A stretch of 54,168 nucleotides of DNA. It comes from a virus. Its lineage: Duplodnaviria > Caudoviricetes. Each line of letters starts with the position of its first letter. The stretch's first letter is position 1. The DNA is taken from the IMG/VR virus record IMGVR_UViG_3300042197_001558, positions 1 to 54,168 of that record, one strand, 5' to 3'. The notes below the pieces were generated by a model. It saw only the letters and a list, made by a program, of their open reading frames with translations. It was not told the origin of the DNA and did no database searches. Positions 53,922-54,168 of the stretch are shown here, in pieces. The position numbers and the translations under genes are program-made.

Positions 53922-54168
53922 ATGTTAATTAAAGAAGTCATTGACCCACATATCTTAAACAAGATAGATATTAAACCAGATGATCCACGATATCCAATGT
54001 ATCGGGATACTATTGAAAAATATACATCCGATAGTGGTAATATATCAGATTTACTACACAAAATGTATAGAGGTGGTGCTGTCCCAAACGCTAATAATCT
54101 TAATCTTGAAGAAATAAAAATGTTAGATGATATTATGTATCATCATCCAATAAAGCGTAGTATTACTG
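53922..54168 (+). CDS. truncated by window edge; possible ADP-ribosyltransferase (Alt/VIP2-like) N-terminal part
   Basis: ATAAATA upstream; MLIKEVI; KYTSDS..I...L....IKMLDDIM..HP. Confidence 0.45.
   Translation, partial: MLIKEVIDPHILNKIDIKPDDPRYPMYRDTIEKYTSDSGNISDLLHKMYRGGAVPNANNLNLEEIKMLDDIMYHHPIKRSIT

Noticed and set aside
1-54168. Stop-codon reassignment
   Set aside because: Recognisable enzymes are full length and densely packed under the standard code; no suppressor tRNA seen
1-54168. Bacterial chromosome or prophage origin
   Set aside because: No integrase or housekeeping synteny; the promoter architecture, homing endonucleases and tiny-gene density fit a large lytic phage

Overview
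Accessory region of a large lytic, T4-like/jumbo-type tailed phage. This is inferred from dense small + strand ORFs, about 30 near-consensus TTGAC(A/G)-N17-TATACT early promoters, TAAATA late-promoter motifs, free-standing homing endonucleases and a tRNA. No capsid, terminase or polymerase gene is present. From left to right: (i) a late three-gene exported/membrane module, tRNA(CAT), SpeD-like and Ugd-like genes; (ii) a TROVE/Ro60-like vWA protein (DUF2828-type) preceded by two stems that share an ACAGCAACCAA motif; (iii) NadE and an AT-rich nucleotide-sugar cluster (GT, HpcH aldolase, DHQS-like cyclase, SDR, TPP enzyme, epimerase, RmlB, RfbH, WavQ-like) that suggests a branched 3,6-dideoxysugar; (iv) about 30 kb of early promoter-gene cassettes carrying an AAA ATPase, RNA ligase, deaminase, HD hydrolase, bL12-like domain, SPFH protein, phosphoesterase and a family of about 9 MNERI...EKFAELIVREC...HFGVEE paralogs; (v) NadM-Nudix and NAMPT (NadV), whose transcription units begin with the same GATAGAC-hairpin plus RBS-hairpin leader; (vi) a methyltransferase, an MbcA/Xre-like orphan and late genes. 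The strongest novel candidates are the shared NAD-operon RNA leader, the ACAGCAACCAA RNA next to the Ro60-like gene, the constant-anchor/variable-segment gene family within shufflable promoter cassettes, and a homing endonuclease that replaced the RNA ligase C-terminus. All product calls come from motif recognition by eye; no database search was run.
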